From: Methylococcaceae bacterium UBA7658
Lineage (GTDB): Bacteria > Pseudomonadota > Gammaproteobacteria > Methylococcales > Methylomonadaceae
Reading direction: 5' to 3'
Length of the DNA stretch: 64,000 bases
NCBI GenBank assembly: GCA_002483425.1
Contig: DLHW01000071.1
Location: 29,163-93,162, forward strand
Shown: positions 48,213-58,725 of the stretch, piece after piece
How positions within the stretch are numbered: the stretch's first letter is position 1
Layout: each line of letters begins with the position of its first letter
Notes under the pieces: generated by a model
The model's input: only the letters and a program-made list of their open reading frames with translations
Database searches by the model: none
What the model was told of the DNA's origin: nothing
Position numbers and translations under genes: made by a program

Positions 48213-48686
48213 ATGTCTGAAATCACTACATTCGAAGGCAATTTAACCGCGCAAGGCCGTACGGTGTGCATCGTCGCATCGCGCTTTAACAGCTTTATCG
48301 TCGAGCAACTGCAAGCAGGCGCCATCGATGCTTTAGTCCGTCACGGCGCCGACCGGGCGAACATCCATATCGTCAAAGCACCCGGCGCGTTTGAATTGCC
48401 GCTGGTAGTGCAACGGGTAGCTGCGGCTAAAAAATACGACGCCATCATCGCCATCGGAGCAGTTATTCGCGGCGGCACCCCGCATTTCGAGTATGTCGCG
48501 GGCGAATGCGTGAAAGGTATTGCCCAAGTCTCGTTGCAATTCAGCGTCCCCGTCAGCTTCGGGGTATTGACGGTAGACACCATCGAGCAAGCCATCGAAC
48601 GCGCGGGCACCAAAGCGGGTAACAAAGGGGCGGAAGCGGCAATGTCGGCCATTGAAATGATGAGTTTGCTGGACAATTTAGCCTAA
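48213..48686 (+). CDS. ribH: 6,7-dimethyl-8-ribityllumazine synthase
   Basis: 157 aa. [20 protein letters not shown], and [17 protein letters not shown] motifs. Confidence 0.96.
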   Translation: MSEITTFEGNLTAQGRTVCIVASRFNSFIVEQLQAGAIDALVRHGADRANIHIVKAPGAFELPLVVQRVAAAKKYDAIIAIGAVIRGGTPHFEYVAGECVKGIAQVSLQFSVPVSFGVLTVDTIEQAIERAGTKAGNKGAEAAMSAIEMMSLLDNLA

Positions 48687-48687
48687 C

Positions 48688-49119
48688 ATGAGCCAAGCGA
48701 AAACCAATGCCCGTAAAGCCGCGCTGCAAGCGCTGTACCAATGGCAAATGACCGGGCAAAGTTTGCTCGGAATCGAACAACAGTTTTGCGAAGGCGAAGA
48801 CGACTGGTTAAAGAATGCGCAAAAAAGCTATTTCCGTGACTTATTGCACGGCATTCCGCAACATCTGGAAGTCATCGATGCCGCGATGTCGGATTTTGTC
48901 GACCGTCCTGTAGATATTATCGATCCCGTCGAACGCGCAATTCTGCGCTTGGGTGTTTATGAGTTGTTATTTAAGATCGAAATGCCCTACCGCGTTGTAC
49001 TTAACGAAGCGATTAACCTTGCCAAGGAGTTCGGCGCCGATGGCAGTCATAAGTATGTTAACGGGATTTTGGATAAGGTTGCGCAAGAGAAGCGCGTTAT
49101 TGAGACTAGGAATCGATAA
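48688..49119 (+). CDS. nusB: Transcription antitermination factor NusB
   Basis: 143 aa. ARKAALQALYQW start and the ...VLNEAINLAKEFG...KYVNGILDK signature. Position after ribH. Confidence 0.95.
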   Translation: MSQAKTNARKAALQALYQWQMTGQSLLGIEQQFCEGEDDWLKNAQKSYFRDLLHGIPQHLEVIDAAMSDFVDRPVDIIDPVERAILRLGVYELLFKIEMPYRVVLNEAINLAKEFGADGSHKYVNGILDKVAQEKRVIETRNR

Positions 49120-49143
49120 ACTAAATCATAAAATTCAAGTAGG

Positions 49144-49458
49144 CTGAAAATTTCTGCCCAGCGCCAAGACAGAGCGGGATCAACTGGACAACAGAGCAAA
49201 AAGTCCAGTTTGAGAAGCAATTGGGGAAATGCCTTGAAAACCTGCGTATTACCGCCAATAAGTTACGCAATTACGATTTTGCTTACAAAATAAAACTGCG
49301 CTCGTCCGGTACCGTTGGTTTATGAGGTTGATGACCAAGACATTGTTATTTTCGCCATCGCTGTCGGTAAAAGAGAAAACAATGACGTTTATGATGAGGC
49401 GAAGGACAGGACGAAATCATATAAACCGTCATTACATCTTCATTTTTTTATTTTATAG
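49144..49458 (+). pseudogene. RelE/StbE-family toxin gene remnant (no start codon, at least two frameshifts, no antitoxin)
   Basis: Three frame segments together read LKISAQ... / ...WTTEQKVQFEKQLGKCLENLRITANKLRNYDFAYKIKLRSSG / (Y R)LVYEVDDQDIVIFAIAVGKRENNDVYDEAKDR. TCCGGTACCGTTGGTTTATGAG equals TCCGGT(T)ACCGT(T)TGGTTTATGAG minus two T, which breaks the SGYRLVYE motif. Confidence 0.75.
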
Positions 49459-49467
49459 CTTATCAAT

Positions 49468-50400
49468 TTGATTTCTGAATTTTGTCTCATCGACCGTTTC
49501 TTCAAACGAAGCAACCTTAATAATGCCGTCACCTTAGGCATCGGCGACGACTGCGCCTTGCTGGCTACTCCACAAGGTTACGAATTGGCAATTACTACCG
49601 ATACGATGGTGGAAAATATCCATTTCTTTGCCGGTTGCGAGCCTTATGATTTAGGCCATAAATTGCTGGCGGTCAATCTGAGCGACCTCGCGAGCATGGG
49701 AGCGAAGCCGCTGGCGGTGACATTGGCATTGACGTTGCCGAAAGTCGATGAAGGTTGGCTAACTTTATTTGCCGATGGTTTTTTTGCCTTGGCTGAGCGT
49801 TTCAGTGTCGATTTAATCGGCGGTGATACTACGTCCGGCCCGTTAACCTTAACCGTGCAAGCGTTCGGCTTGGTGCCTAACGGACAAGCCCTAAAACGAT
49901 CCGTTGCCTTGCCCGGCGATATTATTTGTGTTACTGGATTATTGGGCGAGGCCGGTTTGGGATTAAAAATCAAGCAGGGTTATGACTGCAAGCAACCGGA
50001 AAATGCCTTAAAGCGCTTTAACCGCCCCGACCCGCAAATCGAAATCGGGCAAGCCTTAATCGGCATCGCCAATGCCTGCATCGACATAAGCGATGGTTTA
50101 ACCGGAGATCTTGGCCATATTCTGTACCAAAGCGGTGTCGGCGCATGCCTTGACTGGGAGGCAATGCCATTTTCGGAAGAAGTCAAATCCTATATCGGCG
50201 CAACCGGCGATTGGATGATGCCGCTGACAACGGGCGACGATTACGAACTGTGTTTTACCGTCAGCCCGGATAAAACCGGCAAATTGGAAAACATTCCTCA
50301 TACTAAAATCGGCGTTATCGACAACCACGCCGGACTTCGATTGAATAAGTCCGGACAGATACAACTGTTACAGGATAAAAGTTTTGAGCATTTTTCTTAA
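49468..50400 (+). CDS. thiL: Thiamine-monophosphate kinase
   Basis: 310 aa. EF.LIDRFF start, GIGDDCALL, and TTDTMVENIHF motifs. TTG start. Confidence 0.93.
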   Translation: MISEFCLIDRFFKRSNLNNAVTLGIGDDCALLATPQGYELAITTDTMVENIHFFAGCEPYDLGHKLLAVNLSDLASMGAKPLAVTLALTLPKVDEGWLTLFADGFFALAERFSVDLIGGDTTSGPLTLTVQAFGLVPNGQALKRSVALPGDIICVTGLLGEAGLGLKIKQGYDCKQPENALKRFNRPDPQIEIGQALIGIANACIDISDGLTGDLGHILYQSGVGACLDWEAMPFSEEVKSYIGATGDWMMPLTTGDDYELCFTVSPDKTGKLENIPHTKIGVIDNHAGLRLNKSGQIQLLQDKSFEHFS

Positions 50401-50890
50401 TGCCGAATACGGCAAAAACCGCTTAAGCCCTAAGCAAATTCTGATCGACCCGATATTATTCCTGGCATTCGGCTTCGGCTCCGGCTTGGCGAAAAAAGCG
50501 CCGGGGACATTCGGGACGTTGGCGGCGGCGCCGTTGTATTGCTTACTAGCGCAAACGAACAATTTAATCTATAGCGCGGTCACATTGATAGCGACTGTAA
50601 CAGGTTGCTGGATTTGCGGAAAGGCTGCCGAAAAACTCGGCGAACACGATTTCGGCGGCATCGTCTGGGATGAAATCGCAGGTTATTTAATTACCTTATG
50701 GTTTATTCCATTCTCCTGGACAAACGTAGTGCTCGGCTTCATCCTATTCAGGTTCTTCGACATCCTTAAACCTTGGCCGATCAAGATTGCCGACCAGCGG
50801 GTAAAAGGCGGGTTTGGCATTATGCTGGACGACGTGCTAGCGGGCGTTTTCGCAAATCTGGTATTAGTCGTTCTTGTTAAATTGATGTAG
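50384..50890 (+). CDS. pgpA: Phosphatidylglycerophosphatase A
   Basis: 168 aa. FGFGSGLAKKAPGTFGTLAA, GGIVWDEIAGY, and ILKPWPI motifs. Only a TTG start is available in frame (17-nt overlap with thiL). Confidence 0.92.
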   Translation: MSIFLNAEYGKNRLSPKQILIDPILFLAFGFGSGLAKKAPGTFGTLAAAPLYCLLAQTNNLIYSAVTLIATVTGCWICGKAAEKLGEHDFGGIVWDEIAGYLITLWFIPFSWTNVVLGFILFRFFDILKPWPIKIADQRVKGGFGIMLDDVLAGVFANLVLVVLVKLM

Positions 50891-51049
50891 CACGAGCTAA
50901 TAACATTGATTATTAGGGTTATGCGTTATCTTTAGAATAAAACCGGTGTCTTTTAACAAGGTTTGCTCGTTATTTCTCTGAACTGGCCCTGCGGCTATGA
51001 CGCCAAGAGATTCCGGACGGAAAAATGAGTAGTAAGTTTTTAAGCGACG

Positions 51050-52801
51050 TTATCGAAGCGGAGATTGCCCGATAAGAATTTCGACTTCCTCTGGGGGAAG
51101 CGGTATGCTTAAGAAATAACCCTGAGCCTCATCGCAGCCTTTGTGTTGTAAAAATTTTAATTGCTTTTCAGTTTCGACGCCTTCGGCAGTGACTTTCATA
51201 TTCATGCTTTCCGCCATTGAAATGACGGCGGTTGCAATAGCGCCGTTTTCAGCGGCATTTTCAATATCCCAGATAAAGCTCCGGTCTATTTTTAAGCGGT
51301 CGATTGGGAAACGTTTAAGACGGCTTAAGCTGGAGTATCCCATACCGAAATCATCGATAGCTAAATGCACGCCGATCTTTTTAAGATTTATCAGTTGTTC
51401 GAGTACGCAACTGTCGTCGGAGACCAAGGCGGTTTCCGTTAATTCCAGCTCGAGAATATGAGGCAGCAAACCGGAATTAGTGAGCGCCTTTTCAACTTGA
51501 GCGGTAAATCCTTTGTTGACTAGCTGTATTCCTGAAACGTTAACGGCAAGACGGCCGATCGCCAAGCCTTTGTTTTGCCATATTTTGGCTTGGTAACAAG
51601 CCTCTTTCAATACCCATTCTCCGATACTGCCGATCAATCCGGTTTCTTCTGCTAACGGGATGAATTCAATTGGCGGCACTCGACCGAGTTCCTGGCAATT
51701 CCAGCGTAATAAGGCCTCGACACCGGAGAATTTTTTTGTTTCGAAGTTATAGATGGGTTGATAATGTAATGAGAACTCTTTCAGTTCTATCGCTTTACGT
51801 AAGTGATTTTCTAAACTAAGACGTCTTAAAGCCGCTTCCGTCATATCGTTTGAGAAATATTGATAGGTATTCCCCCCGGCGCGTTTAGAGTAATACATTG
51901 CCATGTCGGCATTTTTGATTAATTCGTCGGCCGTTTCGCCATCTTCCGGGTATATCGCGATGCCGATGCTGGTTGTCGTATACAACTCATGACCGTTGAA
52001 TTTAAACAGCTGCGAAAGGGTTTCCCGTATGCGTTCGGCTACCATTGCCGCGTCTTCGTTGCGGACGATTCGTGATAGCAGAACGGTAAATTCGTCGCCG
52101 CCTAAACGGGCGAGCGATGCGCCTTCTTCGTTAGAACCCGTCCGGATTAGCACATCGCTCGCGCGTAAGCTCTTTCGCAAACGGCATCCCGTTTCTTGCA
52201 ATACCAAATCGCCTAGATGGTGACCTAGGGTATCGTTGATGCGTTTAAAACTATCAAGATCGAGATAAAGAATGCCTAATTTTGTTTGCTGGCGTTGCGC
52301 TAGAGCAACCATGTATTGTAAATGCTCGCGGAAAAAGACCCGGTTCGGCAATTGCGTCAGGCTGTCGAAATAAGCCATCCGGTGGAGTTTCTTTTCGCTA
52401 TCGAGCAGCCGCAAAGTTGTGTCCGCCGATCTGAGCATATAACGAACACGGTGAATCAATAAGGCGAAGTTGATGGGTTTAGTGATGAAATCGGTGGCGC
52501 CCGACTCGAACGCTCTGTTTATCGACTCTAGATCTTCTAAGCCTGTCATCATCAGAATCGGAGTATGTCTGCCCGATGGGATTTTTCTGACTTCATTACA
52601 CACATCGAAGCCGTCGTATTTACCCGGCATCATAACGTCCAGCAGAACGGCATCGGCGCCGGACTCTTGAAAAATACTTAACCCTTGTTCGCCATTTTTG
52701 GCAACAGTGGTTTTAAAGTCGGGCGCTCTAAGAGCTTGAGCCGCCAGCAAACGCACGATCGGATCGTCATCTATGATCAGTATATGGTTAAGGTCATGCA
52801 T
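51050..52801 (-). CDS. Response regulator with REC-GGDEF-EAL architecture
   Basis: 583 aa. Receiver (ILIIDDDP, DAVLLDVMMPG). GGDEF domain with an intact RLGGDEFTV. EAL domain with EALLRW, DDFGMGYSS and KIDRSFI. Confidence 0.92.
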   Translation of the reverse strand: MHDLNHILIIDDDPIVRLLAAQALRAPDFKTTVAKNGEQGLSIFQESGADAVLLDVMMPGKYDGFDVCNEVRKIPSGRHTPILMMTGLEDLESINRAFESGATDFITKPINFALLIHRVRYMLRSADTTLRLLDSEKKLHRMAYFDSLTQLPNRVFFREHLQYMVALAQRQQTKLGILYLDLDSFKRINDTLGHHLGDLVLQETGCRLRKSLRASDVLIRTGSNEEGASLARLGGDEFTVLLSRIVRNEDAAMVAERIRETLSQLFKFNGHELYTTTSIGIAIYPEDGETADELIKNADMAMYYSKRAGGNTYQYFSNDMTEAALRRLSLENHLRKAIELKEFSLHYQPIYNFETKKFSGVEALLRWNCQELGRVPPIEFIPLAEETGLIGSIGEWVLKEACYQAKIWQNKGLAIGRLAVNVSGIQLVNKGFTAQVEKALTNSGLLPHILELELTETALVSDDSCVLEQLINLKKIGVHLAIDDFGMGYSSLSRLKRFPIDRLKIDRSFIWDIENAAENGAIATAVISMAESMNMKVTAEGVETEKQLKFLQHKGCDEAQGYFLSIPLPPEEVEILIGQSPLR

Positions 52802-52827
52802 GACTAATGGTCAGTCTTACCAAGATA

Positions 52828-55557
52828 TCAACTTAAATAAAAGGCTAATTCTTTTTTAATCTCAGCGTATTGCGATTTAATTTCCGCAAGCGATTTACCC
52901 GAACTATCGTAACGTTGGTGTAATGCGTCGTATTCGACGGATTTACACATTTCCGCTAAACCGTAAGCGCCGATTTGACTGCTGCTGGATTTTAGCGAGT
53001 GCGATATAGTTAATATAGTATCGATATTGCCATTTAGCCATGCTTCTTCTAACGAATTGAGTAAATTTTTCGTATTGTCTAAATAAACTGAAAGCACTTC
53101 TTTTAAAATGTCATTACCGTCACCGGCGCCAAGTTTTTGGATTGCCTCCAAAGCCGGTTTATGGATATGCGATTTAGCGGTGCTGTCCGGCTCAGCCGAC
53201 CTAACCGGTAGAGACTCAAGCGATGAATCGTTCCCGTTCATAAGCCACAGCGTGATTAGACGATAAAGCAATTCTTTAGTAAAAGGTTTAGCCAAGTAAT
53301 CGTCCATGCCCGCAATCAAACATTTTTCCCGGTCGCCTTTTATCGCATTCGCGGTTAAAGCAATAATAGGAAAATAAGGCAATTGGTTTTCTTTTTGTTG
53401 TTTTCTGATCTCGACGGTAGCGGCGTATCCGTCCATTTCCGGCATCATGCAGTCCATTAAAACCAGATCGTATTTTTTATCGGCAATCGCTTGAAGCGCT
53501 TCTTTGCCGTTCGAAACCACATCAACCGAGCAACCGAAACCTTGCAGCATATAATTTGCAACGCTTTGGTTGACCGGATTGTCCTCTGCCACCAATATTT
53601 TTGCTCGCAAAACTTGCTTCGGCAACGCCGATACCGGTTTCTTCGCTTCTAAAGTTAACTGCTGGAACGACGGATTGATAATTTTACTCAGGCTTTTAAA
53701 CAAATCCGATTTCCGGATAGGTTTGATCAAGTACGCTGAAAAGCCGTAGCTGGCGAATTCCGTGGCCTCACCCATAAAGAGGGTTGACGTTATCAGCAGC
53801 AACGGAATATGCGAAATTTCCGGATCCGCTTTAATGCGTTTGCCTAATTCCAATCCGTTCATCCCCGGCATTTTGATGTCGATTATGACTAAATCGAATT
53901 GCGGATTTTGTTCGCTAGGCTTTCGTAATAACTCCAGGGCGGAAATGGCGTCAGGTACGCAATCAACCCGCATTTTCCAAGTTAAGGCATAATTTTTTAG
54001 TATTTCACTGCTGCTTTGATTATCTTCAACAATCAGTAACTTCAAGTCTGCAAGCGCCGAAGATTCGGCAGGTTGCTGCGCAGACGGAACGGATACGGAA
54101 TTAACGGGCAAAATAAAAGAAAATTGGGTGCCTTGCCCGGCGCGCGTTTGGACTTCTATCTTGCCGCCCATTAATTCGACGAGTTGTTTTGAAATGGCTA
54201 AACCCAGACCGGTGCCTCCGTATTTACGGGTAGTCGACCCGTCGACCTGAGAAAATGCATTGAATAACATCGGTAAGGCATCGTTGCTGATACCGATACC
54301 GGTGTCTCGTATCGTAAAACACAACGCTAACGGCGATGCTGCGTCAGCGTTGCCGGACGGTTTGACCGACGACGGCGCAACACAAACATCGACGACAACT
54401 TCGCCTTGGCCGGTAAATTTAACGGCGTTGCCGATTAAATTGCCGAGTATTTGCCGTAGCCGGGTCGGATCCCCGTTAATCATTTCCGGTACACCCGGAG
54501 CAATGTGTAAACCGTATTCCAGGCCTTTGCTTTGAGCCGGTTCCGCAAAGAGTTCGACAGTATCTTCGATGGTTTTATACAGATCGAAATCGAGGGTTTC
54601 TAACTCGAAACGCCCTGCTTCGATTTTAGAAAAATCAAGAATGTCGTTTATGATAGTCAGTAAAGATTCGCCTGATTTGTGGACCGTTTCGACAAAGCGG
54701 CGTTGTTTATCGGTTAAATCGGTGCCGAGCAATAATTCGGCCATACCTAAAACTCCGTTCATCGGAGTACGGATCTCATGGCTCATATTCGCCAAAAATT
54801 GCGATTTAGCCGCATTCGCCGCTTCTGCGGCCGATTTTTCCTGCTCCAGCCGGATACGGTGGCGAGCCAATTCATGGTCTCGCAGGTACAGTTTTTCAAG
54901 CATGCGGTTAAACGCATCGACCAGTATTCCGATTTCGTCGTTTTGTTGCTTCGGCACACGGATCTCGTATTTATCGCTTTCCGACACTTGCGCCGCGGCT
55001 TGCGCAAGCTGGTTAATTGGTTTAATGACCTTATCGGCAAAGCGCTGAGCGACCATTTTGGCAACCAGAAACGCTATCAACATAGCCGCGCCGAATATGC
55101 CCAAATCGGTTGTCAGCTCTAGCCACATTTGGCTCAGTTCGGCGCGTAGATAAAGATTTCCCAAAACCTCCTTGTCGTTCACCACCGGCTGATCGTAGAC
55201 GACCTCCCGGTACGGAAACCAGGACGGTAACGGAAAAACGGGCGGATGATCATAGCCTGCGATTATTTGACCGTTCGCCAAATACAGTTTGGCTTCGACA
55301 ACCGGCTGAATGAGCTTGAAAGAATCTAACTTTTGTTGCGCGCTTTTATCGTCCTTAAACATCAGCGCGCCCTGAGAATTATTCGCCGTAATTTGCGCCA
55401 AGGCTTGCAATTGCTGTCTCGACGCATGGAGCGATTTAGCAGTTTCGTTTATTGCAATAAAGGCAAACACAATCAACATAGAACCCGCTAAAAACTTTAC
55501 AATCAGTTTCTGTAGCTTATAAGAAATGGATTCGATGCGCTTGAGCCGGATTGCCAT
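52828..55557 (-). CDS. Hybrid sensor histidine kinase (2 TM with ~110-aa extracytoplasmic loop, HAMP, HisKA, HATPase, 2x REC, HPt)
   Basis: 909 aa. H-box [11 protein letters not shown]-box [10 protein letters not shown]. Receivers [14 protein letters not shown] and [15 protein letters not shown]-terminal HPt [14 protein letters not shown]. Confidence 0.92.
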   Translation of the reverse strand: MAIRLKRIESISYKLQKLIVKFLAGSMLIVFAFIAINETAKSLHASRQQLQALAQITANNSQGALMFKDDKSAQQKLDSFKLIQPVVEAKLYLANGQIIAGYDHPPVFPLPSWFPYREVVYDQPVVNDKEVLGNLYLRAELSQMWLELTTDLGIFGAAMLIAFLVAKMVAQRFADKVIKPINQLAQAAAQVSESDKYEIRVPKQQNDEIGILVDAFNRMLEKLYLRDHELARHRIRLEQEKSAAEAANAAKSQFLANMSHEIRTPMNGVLGMAELLLGTDLTDKQRRFVETVHKSGESLLTIINDILDFSKIEAGRFELETLDFDLYKTIEDTVELFAEPAQSKGLEYGLHIAPGVPEMINGDPTRLRQILGNLIGNAVKFTGQGEVVVDVCVAPSSVKPSGNADAASPLALCFTIRDTGIGISNDALPMLFNAFSQVDGSTTRKYGGTGLGLAISKQLVELMGGKIEVQTRAGQGTQFSFILPVNSVSVPSAQQPAESSALADLKLLIVEDNQSSSEILKNYALTWKMRVDCVPDAISALELLRKPSEQNPQFDLVIIDIKMPGMNGLELGKRIKADPEISHIPLLLITSTLFMGEATEFASYGFSAYLIKPIRKSDLFKSLSKIINPSFQQLTLEAKKPVSALPKQVLRAKILVAEDNPVNQSVANYMLQGFGCSVDVVSNGKEALQAIADKKYDLVLMDCMMPEMDGYAATVEIRKQQKENQLPYFPIIALTANAIKGDREKCLIAGMDDYLAKPFTKELLYRLITLWLMNGNDSSLESLPVRSAEPDSTAKSHIHKPALEAIQKLGAGDGNDILKEVLSVYLDNTKNLLNSLEEAWLNGNIDTILTISHSLKSSSSQIGAYGLAEMCKSVEYDALHQRYDSSGKSLAEIKSQYAEIKKELAFYLS

Positions 55558-55559
55558 CG

Positions 55560-56117
55560 CTAACGTCCTCTTACGTCCCGCGCGATTTGCAGCATTTTGG
55601 AGCTTAACTTTATCTTTACCCGTTCGACAGGCGCCAGATTGACTTCGAATTGAAGACGTTTTTCTTCCTGAATGAGTTCAATCATACCGCCTTCGTCGAG
55701 AAAACCTTTCATGCTGCTCACCGTTAGCACAGGCGAGTTTGCAATGTTTTTTAACCATTCTTGCACACGAATCGGCTTTTCGTTATCAGGAATGTAGAGT
55801 AAGTGGCAACCTTCAATGGTATCGCCTTGCAATAACGTTTTAATTTTAATTCGATAACTTTGAATATCTTTGCCCGAAAGCGAGCTGAGATCTATGGTAT
55901 CACTATCGGTATAGAATTCACATAGCGTGATATCGCTCGTGATGACATCGGGCGGCCATTCGCTCAGTTTTATAAAATTAAATAAAAAAGCAACCGTTAA
56001 CGCGGGAGTTTCACTGACCGGCACAGCTGGATAGGCTTTATGCCCCAGTAAACAAATTAGCAAGACACTAATCCGCAATACTTTTAATGACCCTAACAGC
56101 CGGTTTAATTGCCGCAT
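55560..56117 (-). CDS. YfiR-family (DUF4154) periplasmic protein
   Basis: 185 aa. Signal peptide. [14 protein letters not shown] motif typical of DUF4154/YfiR. 2-nt gaps to both neighbours. Confidence 0.7.
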   Translation of the reverse strand: MRQLNRLLGSLKVLRISVLLICLLGHKAYPAVPVSETPALTVAFLFNFIKLSEWPPDVITSDITLCEFYTDSDTIDLSSLSGKDIQSYRIKIKTLLQGDTIEGCHLLYIPDNEKPIRVQEWLKNIANSPVLTVSSMKGFLDEGGMIELIQEEKRLQFEVNLAPVERVKIKLSSKMLQIARDVRGR

Positions 56118-56119
56118 TT

Positions 56120-58099
56120 TTAGAAGCCGTACTCCAAACGGAACCTAACCGTTCGTCCGTCCATGGCTAAAGTGTCCTGCCTAAAATTATCGTCGGTTAC
56201 AATTTTATAATGCTGATCGAAAACGTTATAGATGCCTAATGACGCTTGCAATCCGTATAGCGGTTTAGTCATAGCCATGTTAATGTTGAATAAATGATAC
56301 GATGGGGCTTTGTTTCCTGTAACGGTCCGGCGCTCGTCCACAAAGATTTCTTCAAAACCCAAAGTCAGCCGGTTGCCGAATAACGGTTCGGCGTAATGCG
56401 CCTTGACTAAATTACTTGGAGAATCATTGGCCCAGGCCGCATGGCCAGGATTTTTATCGCGGGTGCTGGTATGCGTCCATGTCAGTTTTACTTGCCGTCC
56501 GTTACTCCAATGTTTATCGGCGCCGAATTCAAAGCCGAGGGTTTTATAGGCCCCCGCGTTGACGGTGTTAAACGTGACCGGATCCAGCGACAAAACCTTA
56601 TGAACGTCATTGTAGAACACGGTTCCGAGCAGTTTTAAACCGCTGACCGGGTACCATTCCGCAACGGCCTCATAGGTATCGACATGCTCTTCTTCCAACG
56701 GTTTGGCGTCCGGTAAGTTGAGATCTTGCTCGAGCACATTAGGCGCCCTAAAGGCCGAACCGTATAACAGTTTCGTCGTAATAACCGGCGTAATATCCCA
56801 AACCAAACCGATTCGAGGGTTTAGCTGTAATTGCTTTAACCGGTGGTGATAATCTAAACGAGCGCCGGCGTTTAATAATAGGTTACCGGTAATCCTGTAT
56901 TCGTCTTGAATATAAAAACCGGCCCGCCAGCCGTTGTTGTTCGTTTCGTAATAAAGTTCGGGAGGTGAAATATCATAGTTAACGAAATGTTGCCGCTGGT
57001 CTTTTTGGAATTCAACACCGCTTATCCACTTATGATGCGCAAATTGGGTGCCCGTGAGTTTTATTTCGCCGCCCCACCAGCGCGAATCGGCGCCTTCAAA
57101 CGATTGAACCGGCGTATTGTCCAAGTTGGTATAAGGCCCAATCGAATGGTAATCGTACCAGTGATGAAAACCCCTGATTTCCAAGCCCAAATCGGCATTG
57201 ATCTGTGTCAGATAATCAAGATCCAGATAACCCTGACTATCCACGCTGAAATTGTCTTGATTAAAAAGCGCAAAAAAAGGGGCTGTCGGTATCTCCTTGC
57301 GGCGGGTGATATAGCCGCCGCGCAGAGTAAAATCGCCGTAGCTTAACTTACCGAAGGTTCGAAAGTTACGCTCCTGATCGTTATCTTGAGAAATGCCGTT
57401 GTTGTCATCGGAAAATTCCGGGTAAAACAGTTGCTCATTGCCATGGCTATTAAAATGGGAACCGTTCAATAAAAGTTCGGCACCGTTTTGCCATTTTTTA
57501 CCGTAAGTTATCCGCCCCCGGTAAGTATCTAAGCTGCCGGCTTCGCCGCTGACCCGAACGCCGTCGATATCCCTGCCCTGTTTTGTAACGACATTCACCA
57601 CTCCAAGCAGCGCATTAGCCCCGTATACCGATGACCCGGAACCGGGTATGTACTCAATCCGGTCGATAAGGTTCATATCTAACAGAAATTCTTCGGCGAT
57701 AAATCCCGTGTCGAAAATGGTTTCGTTCATTCTGCGTCCGTCGATCATGATGAGAACGCGCGCATTGTAATCGCCCGGACGGGAAAAGCCCCGGTTCCCT
57801 AAATAGGTGTAGTTGCGGTCGTTACGAATGTATAGGCCCCGGATGGAATTCAAGGCGTCCGCCAATGTCCGCCAGCCGTAATTTCTAATATTCTCGGCGG
57901 TTAAAACTTCCACGGCCGAGGGCGCTTCGGACGATTTTTGTTTGAAACGCGAAGCGGATTCCACTTCGACATTAACCAACTCTTCCAAGCTGAGATCGAT
58001 AACCTGATTTGATTTTTCAGCTAACGCTAAGTCTGGGTAACTAAAAATACAGTTCGATAATAATACGCCACAAAGAATACTGCGGTAAAAACGGGTCAT
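56120..58099 (-). CDS. TonB-dependent outer-membrane receptor (no N-terminal signalling extension)
   Basis: 659 aa. Signal peptide. Plug domain (LIMIDGRRMNE, DRIEYIPGSGSSVYGANALLGVVNVVTK). Beta-barrel region. C-terminal RFRLEYGF. Confidence 0.9.
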   Translation of the reverse strand: MTRFYRSILCGVLLSNCIFSYPDLALAEKSNQVIDLSLEELVNVEVESASRFKQKSSEAPSAVEVLTAENIRNYGWRTLADALNSIRGLYIRNDRNYTYLGNRGFSRPGDYNARVLIMIDGRRMNETIFDTGFIAEEFLLDMNLIDRIEYIPGSGSSVYGANALLGVVNVVTKQGRDIDGVRVSGEAGSLDTYRGRITYGKKWQNGAELLLNGSHFNSHGNEQLFYPEFSDDNNGISQDNDQERNFRTFGKLSYGDFTLRGGYITRRKEIPTAPFFALFNQDNFSVDSQGYLDLDYLTQINADLGLEIRGFHHWYDYHSIGPYTNLDNTPVQSFEGADSRWWGGEIKLTGTQFAHHKWISGVEFQKDQRQHFVNYDISPPELYYETNNNGWRAGFYIQDEYRITGNLLLNAGARLDYHHRLKQLQLNPRIGLVWDITPVITTKLLYGSAFRAPNVLEQDLNLPDAKPLEEEHVDTYEAVAEWYPVSGLKLLGTVFYNDVHKVLSLDPVTFNTVNAGAYKTLGFEFGADKHWSNGRQVKLTWTHTSTRDKNPGHAAWANDSPSNLVKAHYAEPLFGNRLTLGFEEIFVDERRTVTGNKAPSYHLFNINMAMTKPLYGLQASLGIYNVFDQHYKIVTDDNFRQDTLAMDGRTVRFRLEYGF

Positions 58100-58725
58100 T
58101 TTAGAGGTTTTGCTGTTTCGGTTGCGCCGTGTTTCGAATCGGGAACTATCATATCAATTTCGATCTTGTTTTAGTTAACCATTATGAATAGCTATTTGAT
58201 TATTTTTATTATTTTGTGAGCGAAATCATAGTTTCCCAATAGTGTTGGCGTGGTTAAGACCCGGGGTTCTGGTGTACTTTAACCGAGCTGAATTGAATCA
58301 AAGTCTAGTCGAATATTGACTGAAATAAAGCTTTAAATAAACGATCATCAATCTTTGTTTAAAAAATAATTGAAATAATGACTTGCCCGCGTTGTTAACA
58401 ATTTCGGTTTTACCGGATTAAAAGCAAGGCGTACAGTAAATATAAAAATAAACCGGCTAAATGCTGATTTAACCTGAATGCTATTTTAAAATGCTTTTGC
58501 CCTCGCTCTATTCAACACCAGCATTTCAATGAACAATTTTTTAACAAAGCGTAGCCATTGTTGGCTCTATAAAAATGTCAATTTTATCAACGGATAAACA
58601 TAAACAGACAGTGAAAACCTGTTCAGGAAAAATCAATGTTTATAAATGCGTCAAACCGGAAAATATTGTTGAATTTTTAAATAATATGAAAATGATTGTT
58701 TACTACTAATAGAGGGGGTTACCTT

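Noticed and set aside
50400-50402. ATG overlapping the thiL stop (TAATG) as an alternative pgpA start.
   Set aside because: Codon-by-codon reading shows this ATG is out of frame with pgpA and hits a stop after 8 codons. The in-frame TTG at 50384 is the only canonical start.
54569-55122. Plus-strand ORFs of 159 and 114 aa inside the hybrid kinase gene. Similar ORFs occur inside aceE, aceF, lpdA, sdhA, yheS, the SBP gene and the MgtC-family gene.
   Set aside because: All are embedded in longer genes with strong motif support on the other frame or strand. None has independent signals.
58100-58695. Looked for a Fur box or other iron-regulatory operator upstream of the TonB-dependent receptor.
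   Set aside because: The best candidate (GAATAGCTATTTGATTATT, around 58187) matches only about 10 of 19 positions of the Fur consensus by my count, which is not convincing in AT-rich DNA.
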